DNA of 62,545 nt, counting the filler. It is 7 parts of 7 records of this genome, joined end to end, with 100 filler letters (N's around TTAATTAATTAA, not from the genome) between each part and the next. Parts side by side here need not be neighbours in the genome. Positions count along the whole stretch, not along the records: positions 7,735 to 27,746 come from SRR2962707_3254; 6 more parts are not named here. One strand, given 5' to 3'. How positions within the stretch are numbered: the first letter of the stretch is position 1; each line of letters begins with the position of its first letter. Position numbers and translations under genes: made by a program. The notes below the pieces were generated by a model. That model worked only from the letters and a program-made list of their open reading frames with translations, had not been told where the DNA came from and ran no database searches. Below, one piece after another: positions 10,092 to 19,293 of this stretch.

Positions 10092-10865
10092 ATGCGTGAC
10101 TTTTACGGCACGACGCTGGCTAACGGTTTGATGCTGGGCACGGCGCAATACCCGTCGCCCGCGATTTTAGCAGATGCGTTCGCGCGCAGTGCGGCAAGCG
10201 TGGCAACAGTATCGCTGCGCCGCGAAAGCGGGCGTGATCGCGGGGGGCAGGATTTTTGGACATTGGTGCAGGGCCTTGGCGTTCACATTCTGCCCAACAC
10301 GGCAGGCTGCCATTCCGTCAAAGAGGCGGTGACCACCGCCCACATGGCGCGCGAAGTCTTTGATACCAAGTGGATCAAGCTTGAGGTGATCGGCGAGGAA
10401 GATACCCTGCAACCTGATGTATTCGGCTTGGTCGAAGCGGCGCGGATTCTGATCGAAGACGGCTTTCAGGTGTTTCCCTACACGACCGAAGATCTGGTTG
10501 TTGCTGACAAATTGTTGCAGGCCGGCTGCGAGGTGTTGATGCCGTGGGGCGCGCCGATTGGATCGGGGTTGGGGCTGAATAATATCTTTGGGCTGCGCGC
10601 CATGCGGGCGCATTTCCCCGATGTGCCGTTGGTGATTGACGCAGGGCTTGGGCTGCCGTCGCAGGCCGCACAAGCGATGGAGATGGGGTTTGATGCGGTG
10701 TTGCTGAACACCGCCGTGGCCAAGGCGGGCGACCCTGCGGCGATGGCGGCGGCCTTTGCAATGGCGGTCAGCGCCGGACAGCTTGCCCATGCCGCCGATC
10801 CGATGGACCCGCGCGATATGGCCACGCCGTCCACGCCGGTTATCGGAAAAGCGTTCCTAGAATGA
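10092..10865 (+). CDS. thiG: Thiazole synthase
   Basis: [27 protein letters not shown] and [10 protein letters not shown] motifs. Confidence 0.97.
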   Translation: MRDFYGTTLANGLMLGTAQYPSPAILADAFARSAASVATVSLRRESGRDRGGQDFWTLVQGLGVHILPNTAGCHSVKEAVTTAHMAREVFDTKWIKLEVIGEEDTLQPDVFGLVEAARILIEDGFQVFPYTTEDLVVADKLLQAGCEVLMPWGAPIGSGLGLNNIFGLRAMRAHFPDVPLVIDAGLGLPSQAAQAMEMGFDAVLLNTAVAKAGDPAAMAAAFAMAVSAGQLAHAADPMDPRDMATPSTPVIGKAFLE

Positions 10866-11458
10866 CGCTAGATCGGTTTTACCCCATTTTTGACAGTGCC
10901 GATTGGCTGGAACGTCTTGTGCCGCTTGGTATCAAACTGGTGCAATTGCGGATGAAAGACGCCAGCCCAAAGGCGCTGCGCGATCATATCCGCCGCGCAA
11001 AAGCGATCTGTGCTGCGCATGACTGCACGCTTGTTATCAACGATCACTGGCGCGTCGCGATTGACGCGGGTTGCACGTATATCCATCTGGGTCAGGAAGA
11101 CCTTGATGATGCCGATATGGTTGCCATTCAACGTGCGGGCATCCGCCTTGGGGTCAGCACCCATGACAAGGCCGAACTTGCCCGCGCACTGAACCTGCGC
11201 CCCGATTATATCGCACTTGGCCCGATATACCCGACGATCCTGAAACAGATGAAATGGCATCAGCAAGGTGTGGAAAAGCTGACCACATGGCGCGCCGCGA
11301 TCGGGGGTACGCCGCTGATTGCCATCGGTGGCATGAACATCGACCGCGCCACGGGGGCCTTTGCTGCCGGGGCGGATGTTGTGGCGGCGGTGACCGACAT
11401 CACGTTGAATGACAGCCCCGAGACCCGTGTGCGTGCATGGCTGGCGGCGACGCGATGA
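10862..11458 (+). CDS. thiE: Thiamine-phosphate synthase
   Basis: VQLRMK, INDHW, HLGQEDL, GVSTH and AIGG motifs. ATGA overlap with thiG. Confidence 0.95.
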   Translation: MTLDRFYPIFDSADWLERLVPLGIKLVQLRMKDASPKALRDHIRRAKAICAAHDCTLVINDHWRVAIDAGCTYIHLGQEDLDDADMVAIQRAGIRLGVSTHDKAELARALNLRPDYIALGPIYPTILKQMKWHQQGVEKLTTWRAAIGGTPLIAIGGMNIDRATGAFAAGADVVAAVTDITLNDSPETRVRAWLAATR

Positions 11459-12453
11459 GCAGGTATATCCGTCAGGAAACCCTTGCCGAGGTGGGCAAAG
11501 CTGGCCAAGAGCGCCTGCGGTCTGCGCGGGTGTTGGTTGTCGGGGCAGGCGGGTTGGGCGCGCCTGTGCTGCAGTATCTGGCGGGCGCGGGCATCGGGCA
11601 TCTGACGCTCGTGGATGGGGATCATGTCTCGCTCAGCAATCTGCACCGTCAGGTTCTGTTTCGCGAAACCGATATTGGCGCGCTAAAGGTCGAGGCCGCG
11701 GCGGCTAGCCTGCGCCATCTGAATGCCGAGTGTGAAATACACCCCGTTGCGCAGCCGCTTGATCCGGTAAATGCGCCGCAACTTGTGGCGGGCAGCACCC
11801 TTGTGCTGGATTGCGCCGACAGTTTCGCGGTCAGCTATATTCTGTCTGATATCTGTCGCGCGGCGGGCATCCCGTTGATCAGCGCGTCGGTGCTGGGGTT
11901 TGCGGGCTATGTCGGTGGGTTCTGTGGCACGGCCCCGTCGCTGCGTGCCGTGTTCCCCGATCTGCCGCACCGCGCGGCCAGCTGCGCCACGGCCGGGGTC
12001 ATGGGGCCAACCGTGGGGCTGATCGGGGCGGCACAGGCGCAAATGGCATTGGGCTGTCTGATCGGGCAATCGCCGTCCCCGTTGGGGCAATTGATCAGCT
12101 TTGACATGCACAGCTTTCGCACGGGCGGCTTTCGCTTTGATACCGCCCCCGAGCCTGATGCAGAGCTGGGGTTTATCGCAGCATCGGCCATTACGGCATC
12201 TGATTTTGTCGTGGAGCTGCGCGATGAGACCGAGGCACCGACGCCCGTCGCGCCCTTTGCACAACGTTTGACTGTCGCGCAGTTCACCCAGCAGCAAAAC
12301 GCGGTCCCGAACACGGGCGCGCGCGCGGTCTTTGCCTGTCGATCCGGGCTGCGGGCCTGGCAGGCCGCGACCCATCTACGGTCCTATTGGGCCGGTGAAA
12401 TTTCCCTTGTCGCCGCTGGCGACACAGTACAACCCGAAAGGCCAACCACATGA
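11455..12453 (+). CDS. thiF: ThiF/MoeB-family adenylyltransferase with C-terminal rhodanese-like domain
   Basis: VVGAGGLG, SNLHRQ, DCADSF, and C-terminal FACRSGLRA. ATGA overlap with thiE. Confidence 0.9.
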   Translation: MSRYIRQETLAEVGKAGQERLRSARVLVVGAGGLGAPVLQYLAGAGIGHLTLVDGDHVSLSNLHRQVLFRETDIGALKVEAAAASLRHLNAECEIHPVAQPLDPVNAPQLVAGSTLVLDCADSFAVSYILSDICRAAGIPLISASVLGFAGYVGGFCGTAPSLRAVFPDLPHRAASCATAGVMGPTVGLIGAAQAQMALGCLIGQSPSPLGQLISFDMHSFRTGGFRFDTAPEPDAELGFIAASAITASDFVVELRDETEAPTPVAPFAQRLTVAQFTQQQNAVPNTGARAVFACRSGLRAWQAATHLRSYWAGEISLVAAGDTVQPERPTT

Positions 12454-13388
12454 AACTTACCTCGTTTACCGTAGCACTATCGCTGGCGGCATCGCCCTTG
12501 GTCGCCGCAGATGAAATGACCGTGTTGCTGGACTGGTTTGTGAACCCCAACCACGGCCCCATCATTATCGCGCAGGAGAAAGGTTTCTTTGCTGATCAAG
12601 ATCTGGACGTCACGGCCATCGCGCCAGCTGACCCGTCGGACCCGCCCAAGCTGGTGGCCGCAGGCAAGGCGGATCTCGCCATTTCCTATCAGCCGCAATT
12701 GCACCTGCAAATCCACGAGGGTCTGCCCCTGAAACGGGTCGGCACCTTGGTCGCGACGCCGCTTAACTGTCTTTTAGCGCTGGCAGACGGCCCGATCAAA
12801 TCCCCCGCGGATTTGGCCGGTAAAAAGGTAGGGTTCTCTGTCGGGGGCGTGGAAGAGGCCGTTTTGGGCGCGATCCTGCGCCACAACGGGGTGTCGCCGG
12901 ATGATGTCGAACTGGTCAACGTGAACTGGTCGCTGTCGCCATCGCTGATGTCTGGACAGGTGGATGCCGTCATCGGTTCATTCCGTAATTTCGAGCTGAA
13001 CCAGATGAAAATCGAAGACATCAAAGGCACGTGTTTCTTTGTCGAGGAAGAGGGGATGCCATCCTATGACGAGCTGATCTACGTCGCCAACAGTGACAGC
13101 ATGGACAAGGATATGATCGCCCGTTTTCTGGCCGCGACCGAACAGGCGACACAGTATATCGTGAACAACCCCGAAGAAAGCTGGGCGGTATTCTCGGGCA
13201 CGTCGGCCGAGCTGCAAGACGAGCTGAACGCGTTGGCATGGGCCGATACCATCCCCCGTTTCGCGCTGCGTCCTGCCGCCATGGATGCCGGTCGCTATGC
13301 CGCGTTCGAGGCTTTTTTAAACAAGGCGGGGTTGATCCCAAGCCAGAACCCCGTGTCGCAGATCGCCATTGATGTGACGGCAGACTGA
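12450..13388 (+). CDS. thiY: ABC substrate-binding protein, NMT1/THI5-like (HMP/thiamine precursor)
   Basis: Signal peptide, LLDWFVNPNH, ISYQP and FRNFELNQM motifs, plus operon context. Confidence 0.9.
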   Translation: MKLTSFTVALSLAASPLVAADEMTVLLDWFVNPNHGPIIIAQEKGFFADQDLDVTAIAPADPSDPPKLVAAGKADLAISYQPQLHLQIHEGLPLKRVGTLVATPLNCLLALADGPIKSPADLAGKKVGFSVGGVEEAVLGAILRHNGVSPDDVELVNVNWSLSPSLMSGQVDAVIGSFRNFELNQMKIEDIKGTCFFVEEEGMPSYDELIYVANSDSMDKDMIARFLAATEQATQYIVNNPEESWAVFSGTSAELQDELNALAWADTIPRFALRPAAMDAGRYAAFEAFLNKAGLIPSQNPVSQIAIDVTAD

Positions 13389-14068
13389 TGGCCCCCGACT
13401 ATGGCGAAACCTTTGCCCTGTGGCGCGCAAAGGCGGCAGACCCGTGGCGTGACTATACCCACCATCCTTTTGTCGAAGGGCTGCGTGATGGGTCGCTGCC
13501 GCGCCATGCGTTCCTGCATTATCTGGTACAGGACTATGTCTTTTTGGTGCATTTCGCGCGGGCGTGGTCGCTGGGTGTGGTAAAAGCCGAAACGCTGGAC
13601 GAAATGAAGGTCTGTTCAGCCACTGTTGATGCGCTCGTTAATCACGAGATGGCATTGCATATTCAGGTTTGCGCGGCTGAGGGCATTGACGAAAAAACGC
13701 TTTTTAACGCGGCTGAGGCACCCGAAAACCTGGCCTATACGCGCTACGTGCTGGATGCGGGCCATCAGGGGGACTTCCTTGATCTGATGGCGGCATTGGC
13801 CCCTTGCGTGATGGGCTATGGTGAAATCGGTCTGCGGCTCGCGCAGGATAAGGCCCCCGATACGCCCTATGCCGATTGGATCAACACCTATGCCGATCCC
13901 GGTTATCAATCGCTGTGCAAAACGGTTGGCGCAATGATCGATGACGCGGTCGCGCGGCGGATTGGCGACCATGCCACGTCTCCGCGTGGTGCTGTGCTGC
14001 AAAACCGGTTCACGACCGCCACAAGGCTTGAGATTGCGTTTTGGCAAATGGGTCTAAACGGTCAATGA
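13388..14068 (+). CDS. tenA: Thiaminase II / aminopyrimidine aminohydrolase
   Basis: HPFV, YLVQDYVFL, catalytic ALAPCVMGY and EIAFW motifs. Confidence 0.92.
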   Translation: MAPDYGETFALWRAKAADPWRDYTHHPFVEGLRDGSLPRHAFLHYLVQDYVFLVHFARAWSLGVVKAETLDEMKVCSATVDALVNHEMALHIQVCAAEGIDEKTLFNAAEAPENLAYTRYVLDAGHQGDFLDLMAALAPCVMGYGEIGLRLAQDKAPDTPYADWINTYADPGYQSLCKTVGAMIDDAVARRIGDHATSPRGAVLQNRFTTATRLEIAFWQMGLNGQ

Positions 14069-14790
14069 CGCTGCCGCCGGGGATCAATTTTGCGGGGCAG
14101 CACCGGATCGGCGGGCAGGTCTTGTTCAATGCCGATATCCAGCTGCCCGGTGGCCAATGGACCTGTCTGCTGGGGCGGTCAGGAGTGGGGAAATCCACCA
14201 TCCTGCGGCTGATCCTTGATCTGGAAACCGGCGGGCAATTTGCGGGCAGTATTACGGCCACGGACGGGGAGGCTTTGGCGGGGCGCATCAGTTATATGGC
14301 GCAATCCGACCTGTTGTTGCCCTGGCTGTCGGTGCTTGAAAATGTCTGCATCGGTGCCCGTCTGCGCGGTGAAACGCCGGACACAACCCGTGCTGCCGAT
14401 CTGTTGGCACGGGTTGGGTTGTCAGAGCATGCAGAAAACAAGCCAAACACCTTGTCCGGCGGCATGCGCCAGCGCGCGGCGCTTGCGCGGACCTTGTTCG
14501 AGGACCGCCCGGTTGTATTTCTGGACGAACCGTTTTCGGCCCTTGATGCAGGAACCCGCGCGGATATGCAGGAACTGGCCGCCGAGGTTTTACACGGGCG
14601 CACCGTTTTACTGGTGACCCATGACCCGTCTGAGGCGACCCGCCTTGCGCATCAGATCATCATCATGTCGGCCCAAGATGCACAGGCTTGGCCGGTGCCC
14701 GACACGCCCGCCCCGCGTGCCATTGACGACGCTCAAACCCTTGCGTGCCAGACCCGCCTATTGGCGCATATGCGCGGGATCGCCGCATGA
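14065..14790 (+). CDS. thiZ: ABC transporter ATP-binding protein
   Basis: GRSGVGKST, LSGGMRQR, LDEPFSALD and VTHD motifs. ATGA overlap with tenA. Confidence 0.88.
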   Translation: MTLPPGINFAGQHRIGGQVLFNADIQLPGGQWTCLLGRSGVGKSTILRLILDLETGGQFAGSITATDGEALAGRISYMAQSDLLLPWLSVLENVCIGARLRGETPDTTRAADLLARVGLSEHAENKPNTLSGGMRQRAALARTLFEDRPVVFLDEPFSALDAGTRADMQELAAEVLHGRTVLLVTHDPSEATRLAHQIIIMSAQDAQAWPVPDTPAPRAIDDAQTLACQTRLLAHMRGIAA

Positions 14791-15536
14791 GGGCGCGCGA
14801 TATCTTGATCGCGGTCTTGGTGGGTTTGGCACTGTGGCAGGCCGTTGTTGTGCTGACAGATGCGCCGCATTTCATATTGCCCTCGCCGTGGCGTGTGGCG
14901 CAGGCGGCCTTTCACAGCCGTGCGATCATTGCCGAAAACGCTTGGGTTACCATCACCGAGGTTCTGCTGGGCCTGACGTTGGGCACCGTGCTGGGGGCCG
15001 CGACCGCGATCCATCTGGCCCTGTCAAAAACCGCTGAACGTCTGATGTTGCCGCTTTTGGTCTTTACCCAAGCGGTGCCGGTTTTTGCATTGGCCCCGCT
15101 GCTGACGCTTTGGTTCGGCTATGGCATGGGGTCAAAAATCGTGATGACGGTGATTATCATCTATTTCCCCGTGGCATCGGCATTCCACGATGGCCTGACG
15201 CGTATCGATCGGGGCTATCACGATCTGTCCGTCTCGATGGGGGCGGGGAAATACCATTTTATGCGGCATGTCCGGATACCAAGCGCGCTGCCCAGCTTTG
15301 GTACGGGTCTGCGGCTGTCTGCTGTTTATGCCCCGATCGGGGCCGTGATTGGTGAATGGGTGGGCGCGTCCAAGGGGCTTGGCTACCTGATGCTGCTCGC
15401 CAATGGCCGTGCCAAGATTGATTTGATGTTCGCAAGCCTGATCGTGTTGGCCTGCCTGACCGTGGCGCTGCATATCGCCGTTGGCCGTCTGGCGGACTGG
15501 TTGTCCGATTACGCCCGCGGGGTACGTCACCCCTAA
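14787..15536 (+). CDS. thiX: ABC transporter permease
   Basis: Multi-TM SsuC/TauC-type permease (ILPSP, GAVIGEWVGASKGLGY). ATGA overlap with thiZ. Confidence 0.88.
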   Translation: MRARDILIAVLVGLALWQAVVVLTDAPHFILPSPWRVAQAAFHSRAIIAENAWVTITEVLLGLTLGTVLGAATAIHLALSKTAERLMLPLLVFTQAVPVFALAPLLTLWFGYGMGSKIVMTVIIIYFPVASAFHDGLTRIDRGYHDLSVSMGAGKYHFMRHVRIPSALPSFGTGLRLSAVYAPIGAVIGEWVGASKGLGYLMLLANGRAKIDLMFASLIVLACLTVALHIAVGRLADWLSDYARGVRHP

Positions 15537-15633
15537 GGGCCAATGCATATCTGCGGTCTTGGCTGTTGTCGTTTCGGGTTCGATGATCAATATGACTTGA
15601 TTTTACCGAGGTAGTTCTGATTTGAGCAATCAC

Positions 15634-16476
15634 ATGTGGACGTTATGCGAAAATACTCAGCCAATCGGGCGTACTGGCAGGGCTGCTGGGCATTTCGGTG
15701 AATGGCTGCAGGGGCGGTTTGGCCCTGACGGGCCAGTGGTTGTGATAACGATGACCTGTGATGTGCTTTCTGCGCAAGCGACCTATACCCCCGCCACGGA
15801 TTTACGATTGTGTCATTCCGGCGTGGCTGCGGTTACCCAAGATCAATTGAAAGGCTTGCTGTCTGCCGTCGAAAAACCCGAGAGCGGAGCTTTCAGCCTG
15901 TCTGGAAATATGACATTGGGGGTTGGGGCAGGGTCGTCTACGGCCAGCCTGATTGCGCTTGCGCGGGCGGCGGGCGCTGATGAAACGTTGCTGCCAGCGG
16001 CGTGTTTGCGGGTCGAAGGCGCGACAGATCCCTTGATGCTAACCCAGCCGGATGCCGTGCTTTGGTCCTCGCGGCGGGCGGAAATCTGCGGGGAATTCAA
16101 GGCACCGCCAAGATGTGAGATTGTGGGCGGCTATCTGGGCGACCCGATTAGAACTGATCCGGCGGACAGTGATTTTGCGGATATCTCTGATCTGGTGCCG
16201 CTTTGGGCAAAGGCGGCAAACGGGTCTGACTTGGCCAAGCTTGCAGCGCTGGCCAGTGAAGCGGCTGATCGCACGACCCGCCTGCGCGGGCCATCGGGTG
16301 ATCCAATCGCTGCAATCGCACAGCAGTTGGGCGCATTAGGGCATGCGCGGGCGCACACAGGATCGGCGCGGGCGTTCATTTTCGCGCAGGGGGCGGTGCC
16401 AGCAACAGCCACAGCGGTTCTGACAGGCGCGGGATTAACCGGGGCGTTCCGGTTTTCCACGGGATCCGAGTGTTGA
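15634..16476 (+). CDS. bluE: GHMP-family L-threonine kinase (BluE/PduX-like); start uncertain
   Basis: GHFGEWLQG, GVGAGSSTA and AHTGSARAFIF motifs, directly upstream of cbiB/cobC. Confidence 0.8.
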   Translation: MWTLCENTQPIGRTGRAAGHFGEWLQGRFGPDGPVVVITMTCDVLSAQATYTPATDLRLCHSGVAAVTQDQLKGLLSAVEKPESGAFSLSGNMTLGVGAGSSTASLIALARAAGADETLLPAACLRVEGATDPLMLTQPDAVLWSSRRAEICGEFKAPPRCEIVGGYLGDPIRTDPADSDFADISDLVPLWAKAANGSDLAKLAALASEAADRTTRLRGPSGDPIAAIAQQLGALGHARAHTGSARAFIFAQGAVPATATAVLTGAGLTGAFRFSTGSEC

Positions 16477-17414
16477 GCTTCGCAGCAGCCTTATTGATCG
16501 GCTTCGTGATCGAAGCTGTGTTCGCATGGCCTGCGCGGTTGTTTCGCCTGATCGGCCATCCGGTGACGTGGCTGGGGCGCGCGATTACCCTGCTTGAGGC
16601 GCGGATGAACGATGCTGGCCAATCTGCGGGCGTTCAAAAAATCCTCGGGGCGGCGCTTGTTCTCATTATCCTAGGCGGGGCGGTGGTGCCCTGCATCTGG
16701 ATCAGTTCCGTTCTGCCGGACGGATGGGTCGGCGTTGTGATCGGCGGCGTTCTGGCGTGGCCGTTCGTGGCTGCCCGGTCGCTGTATGATCATGTGGCAG
16801 CCGTCGCGCGACCGCTTGAGCAAGGCGACACGGACAAAGCCAGATACGCGGTTTCAATGATCATCGGACGAAACCCGAATACGCTGGACGACGCAGGTAT
16901 CGCGCGCGCATCGTTGGAGAGCTTGGCCGAAAACGCATCAGACGGGATTGTCGCGCCGGTGTTCTGGGGTTTGGTATTCGGCCTGCCGGGCTTGGTGGGA
17001 TACAAGGCGATCAACACGATGGATTCAATGATCGGGCACCGATCTGCGCGCTATGAGAATTTTGGGATGGTCGCGGCCCGGCTGGATGACATCGTTAATC
17101 TGATCCCGGCGCGGTTGACGGGGGTGCTGTTTGCGCTTCTGTCTGGGCGGGTCTCACAATCCTTTGGCACCATGCTGCGCGATGCGGGCCATCACAGATC
17201 GCCCAATGCGGGCTGGCCCGAAGCCGCCATGGCGGGGGCGCTGAATGTGCGGCTGTCCGGCCCGCGTATCTATGATGACAAAATAGCTGACGAGCCGTGG
17301 TTGAATGCCGAGGCACCTGATGCCGATGCAACGTCTATTGCGCGCGGGCTCGCGCTTTATCTGCGGACTATGGTTGGGCTTGCCGCTATCATAGTGCTGT
17401 TTGCGATTGTGTAA
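16470..17414 (+). CDS. cbiB: Adenosylcobinamide-phosphate synthase (CbiB; CobD in aerobic nomenclature)
   Basis: HPVTWLG, ESLAENASDG, YKAINTMDSMIGH and SPNAGWPEAAMAGAL motifs. Confidence 0.95.
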   Translation: MLSFAAALLIGFVIEAVFAWPARLFRLIGHPVTWLGRAITLLEARMNDAGQSAGVQKILGAALVLIILGGAVVPCIWISSVLPDGWVGVVIGGVLAWPFVAARSLYDHVAAVARPLEQGDTDKARYAVSMIIGRNPNTLDDAGIARASLESLAENASDGIVAPVFWGLVFGLPGLVGYKAINTMDSMIGHRSARYENFGMVAARLDDIVNLIPARLTGVLFALLSGRVSQSFGTMLRDAGHHRSPNAGWPEAAMAGALNVRLSGPRIYDDKIADEPWLNAEAPDADATSIARGLALYLRTMVGLAAIIVLFAIV

Positions 17415-17424
17415 GGATCACGGA

Positions 17425-18414
17425 ATGCGAGACCACGGCGGCAATATGGGGTTGGCGATAGCGGAATTCGGCGGCGACCCCGCTGATTGGATCGACCTGT
17501 CGACGGGTATCAACGGGTCCCCCTATCCGGTCGGCCAGCTATCAGCGGCAGCTTGGACGCGTCTGCCGGAGCGCGACAGCCTGATCGGGCTCGAGCGCGC
17601 GGCGCAGCGTGCGTATGGCACGTCGCTTGACGTGGTCGCCGTGGCCGGGGCTCAGGCGGCGATCCAGCTGGTGCCGACGTTGAAGCCCGTGGGACGGGCC
17701 GCAATTCTGACGCCGACCTATAACGAACATGCCGCGGCCCTGCGGTCGGGCGGTTGGGACGTAGACGAGGTCGCGACCTTTGGCGCACTCGAAGGGGCCG
17801 ACCTTGCCGTGGTGGTCAACCCCAACAACCCTGATGGTAATGTTTACACAGCCAAAGCCCTGTTGGCGCTGGCCGCAAAGGTCGGCGTTTTGATCGTCGA
17901 CGAAAGCTTTGCCGACCCCGAACCGGAGATGTCATTGGCCAGCGCACCGCTGGTGCTTCCGGGTAACGTGGTTATCCTGCGTTCCTTTGGGAAGTTTTAC
18001 GGACTGGCGGGTGTGCGTCTTGGCTTTGTGCTGGGGGCACCTGCGCTGGCGGATAAAATCCGGGATATGGTTGGCCCGTGGCCCGTATCGGGTATGGCGA
18101 TCGAAGTTTGCAAACGCGCGTTTGAGGATGATGCGTGGGCGGATCAGACGCGCGCACAGCTACGGCGCGACGTGGCCCGCCTTGATCTGCTGGCGCAGGA
18201 CGCGGGCTGGGAACTGATCGGGGGCACACCCTTGTTTCGCACCTATGCAACGCCGGATGCAGCAAAGGCGCAGCGTGATCTTGCCGCGCGCCATATATGG
18301 ACCCGGATTTTCCCATACTCGGATACATGGATCCGGCTTGGTCTGCCCGGCAATGAGGGCGATTGGTCGCGGCTTGAGGCCGCGCTGAACATAGCAAAGC
18401 CCGTCGCGACATAA
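17425..18414 (+). CDS. cobC: L-threonine-O-3-phosphate decarboxylase (PLP; CobC aerobic / CobD enteric nomenclature)
   Basis: HGGN, IDLSTGIN, NPNNPDG, VDESF and RSFGKFYGLAGVRLG motifs. Confidence 0.93.
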   Translation: MRDHGGNMGLAIAEFGGDPADWIDLSTGINGSPYPVGQLSAAAWTRLPERDSLIGLERAAQRAYGTSLDVVAVAGAQAAIQLVPTLKPVGRAAILTPTYNEHAAALRSGGWDVDEVATFGALEGADLAVVVNPNNPDGNVYTAKALLALAAKVGVLIVDESFADPEPEMSLASAPLVLPGNVVILRSFGKFYGLAGVRLGFVLGAPALADKIRDMVGPWPVSGMAIEVCKRAFEDDAWADQTRAQLRRDVARLDLLAQDAGWELIGGTPLFRTYATPDAAKAQRDLAARHIWTRIFPYSDTWIRLGLPGNEGDWSRLEAALNIAKPVAT

Positions 18415-18450
18415 CCGTCAGCGGCGCGCTGCATCCATCGGTCTTGTGCT

Positions 18451-18651
18451 TCAAGTACGACGACGGTTGCGCATTACATGTGTGATCCAGATCCAAAGCT
18501 TGAAAAGCAAAGCAGCTATTGTCGCCCCAGCCGCGCCACCAAACCAAAAAACAAGCAATCCCTGCCAAATCGGCTGATTGATCGCATAAACACCGCTGAC
18601 GACAGCACCAAAGGCATAGCCGACTGCGAGAAGTATAACGTGCGTATCCAC
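18451..18651 (-). CDS. Putative small 2-TM membrane protein
   Basis: 66-aa ORF with two hydrophobic helices and a basic C-terminal tail. GTG start with no clear RBS. Confidence 0.45.
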   Translation of the reverse strand: MDTHVILLAVGYAFGAVVSGVYAINQPIWQGLLVFWFGGAAGATIAALLFKLWIWITHVMRNRRRT

Positions 18652-18680
18652 TATTACTAATTATCCACTACTACTAATTA
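18645..18680. repeat. 17-bp AT-rich tandem direct repeat
   Basis: TATCCACTATTACTAAT / TATCCACTACTACTAAT (1 mismatch) plus TA. Confidence 0.85.
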
Positions 18681-19293
18681 AACTGGCAACATTACCTGCG
18701 TAAATCGGGCGAAAAAACTATTCGCCTAATCAAACACCGCATTCTCGTAAAAGGCAGGTCATTGATCGCGCCGACATCCAAAATGGATGGCGCAACTCTA
18801 GCAATCCTATGACCCGGACAAGACGTGACGCGGAAATTATGAAAGCCCTTTTTGTTGGTCTGACTGTTAAAAGCTTCACACAAAAGCGCTTACTACATAT
18901 CAGTTTCACACATATATTGTGGTGTTCAACCCGCAATAGAAGCGCAAGGCGGGTCGTAAGGTGATTTTCAGCCGTATCTGCAGCAACTGCGACAAAATGC
19001 GCAGGGGCAGGTTTGTGCCGCAGGAATAATCCACGCAAAATTCGCCGCGTCGATGCCGAAATTGCCACAGCAACTTTGAAGGTATAGATATGTGGTAAAC
19101 ATAGCCTGTGCGGGATTTTCTGGTGATTTTTTCACTTAACTGCGACCTTGCTCACTTTCGGAGAAAATTCTGTTGAGGTTCAACCGGACATTTGTCAGGG
19201 TCTGGCTACGGGAGTAGCATTCGTCGCGTACCATGACGAAATGGACGGGCCACAGCTAGGCGCGTCGATCTACGAAATCAACGGGAGGAAGAC

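Noticed and set aside
15537..15633. Cobalamin riboswitch before bluE
   Set aside because: The gap is too short and no B12-box/GGGAA-GCCACTG core is seen.
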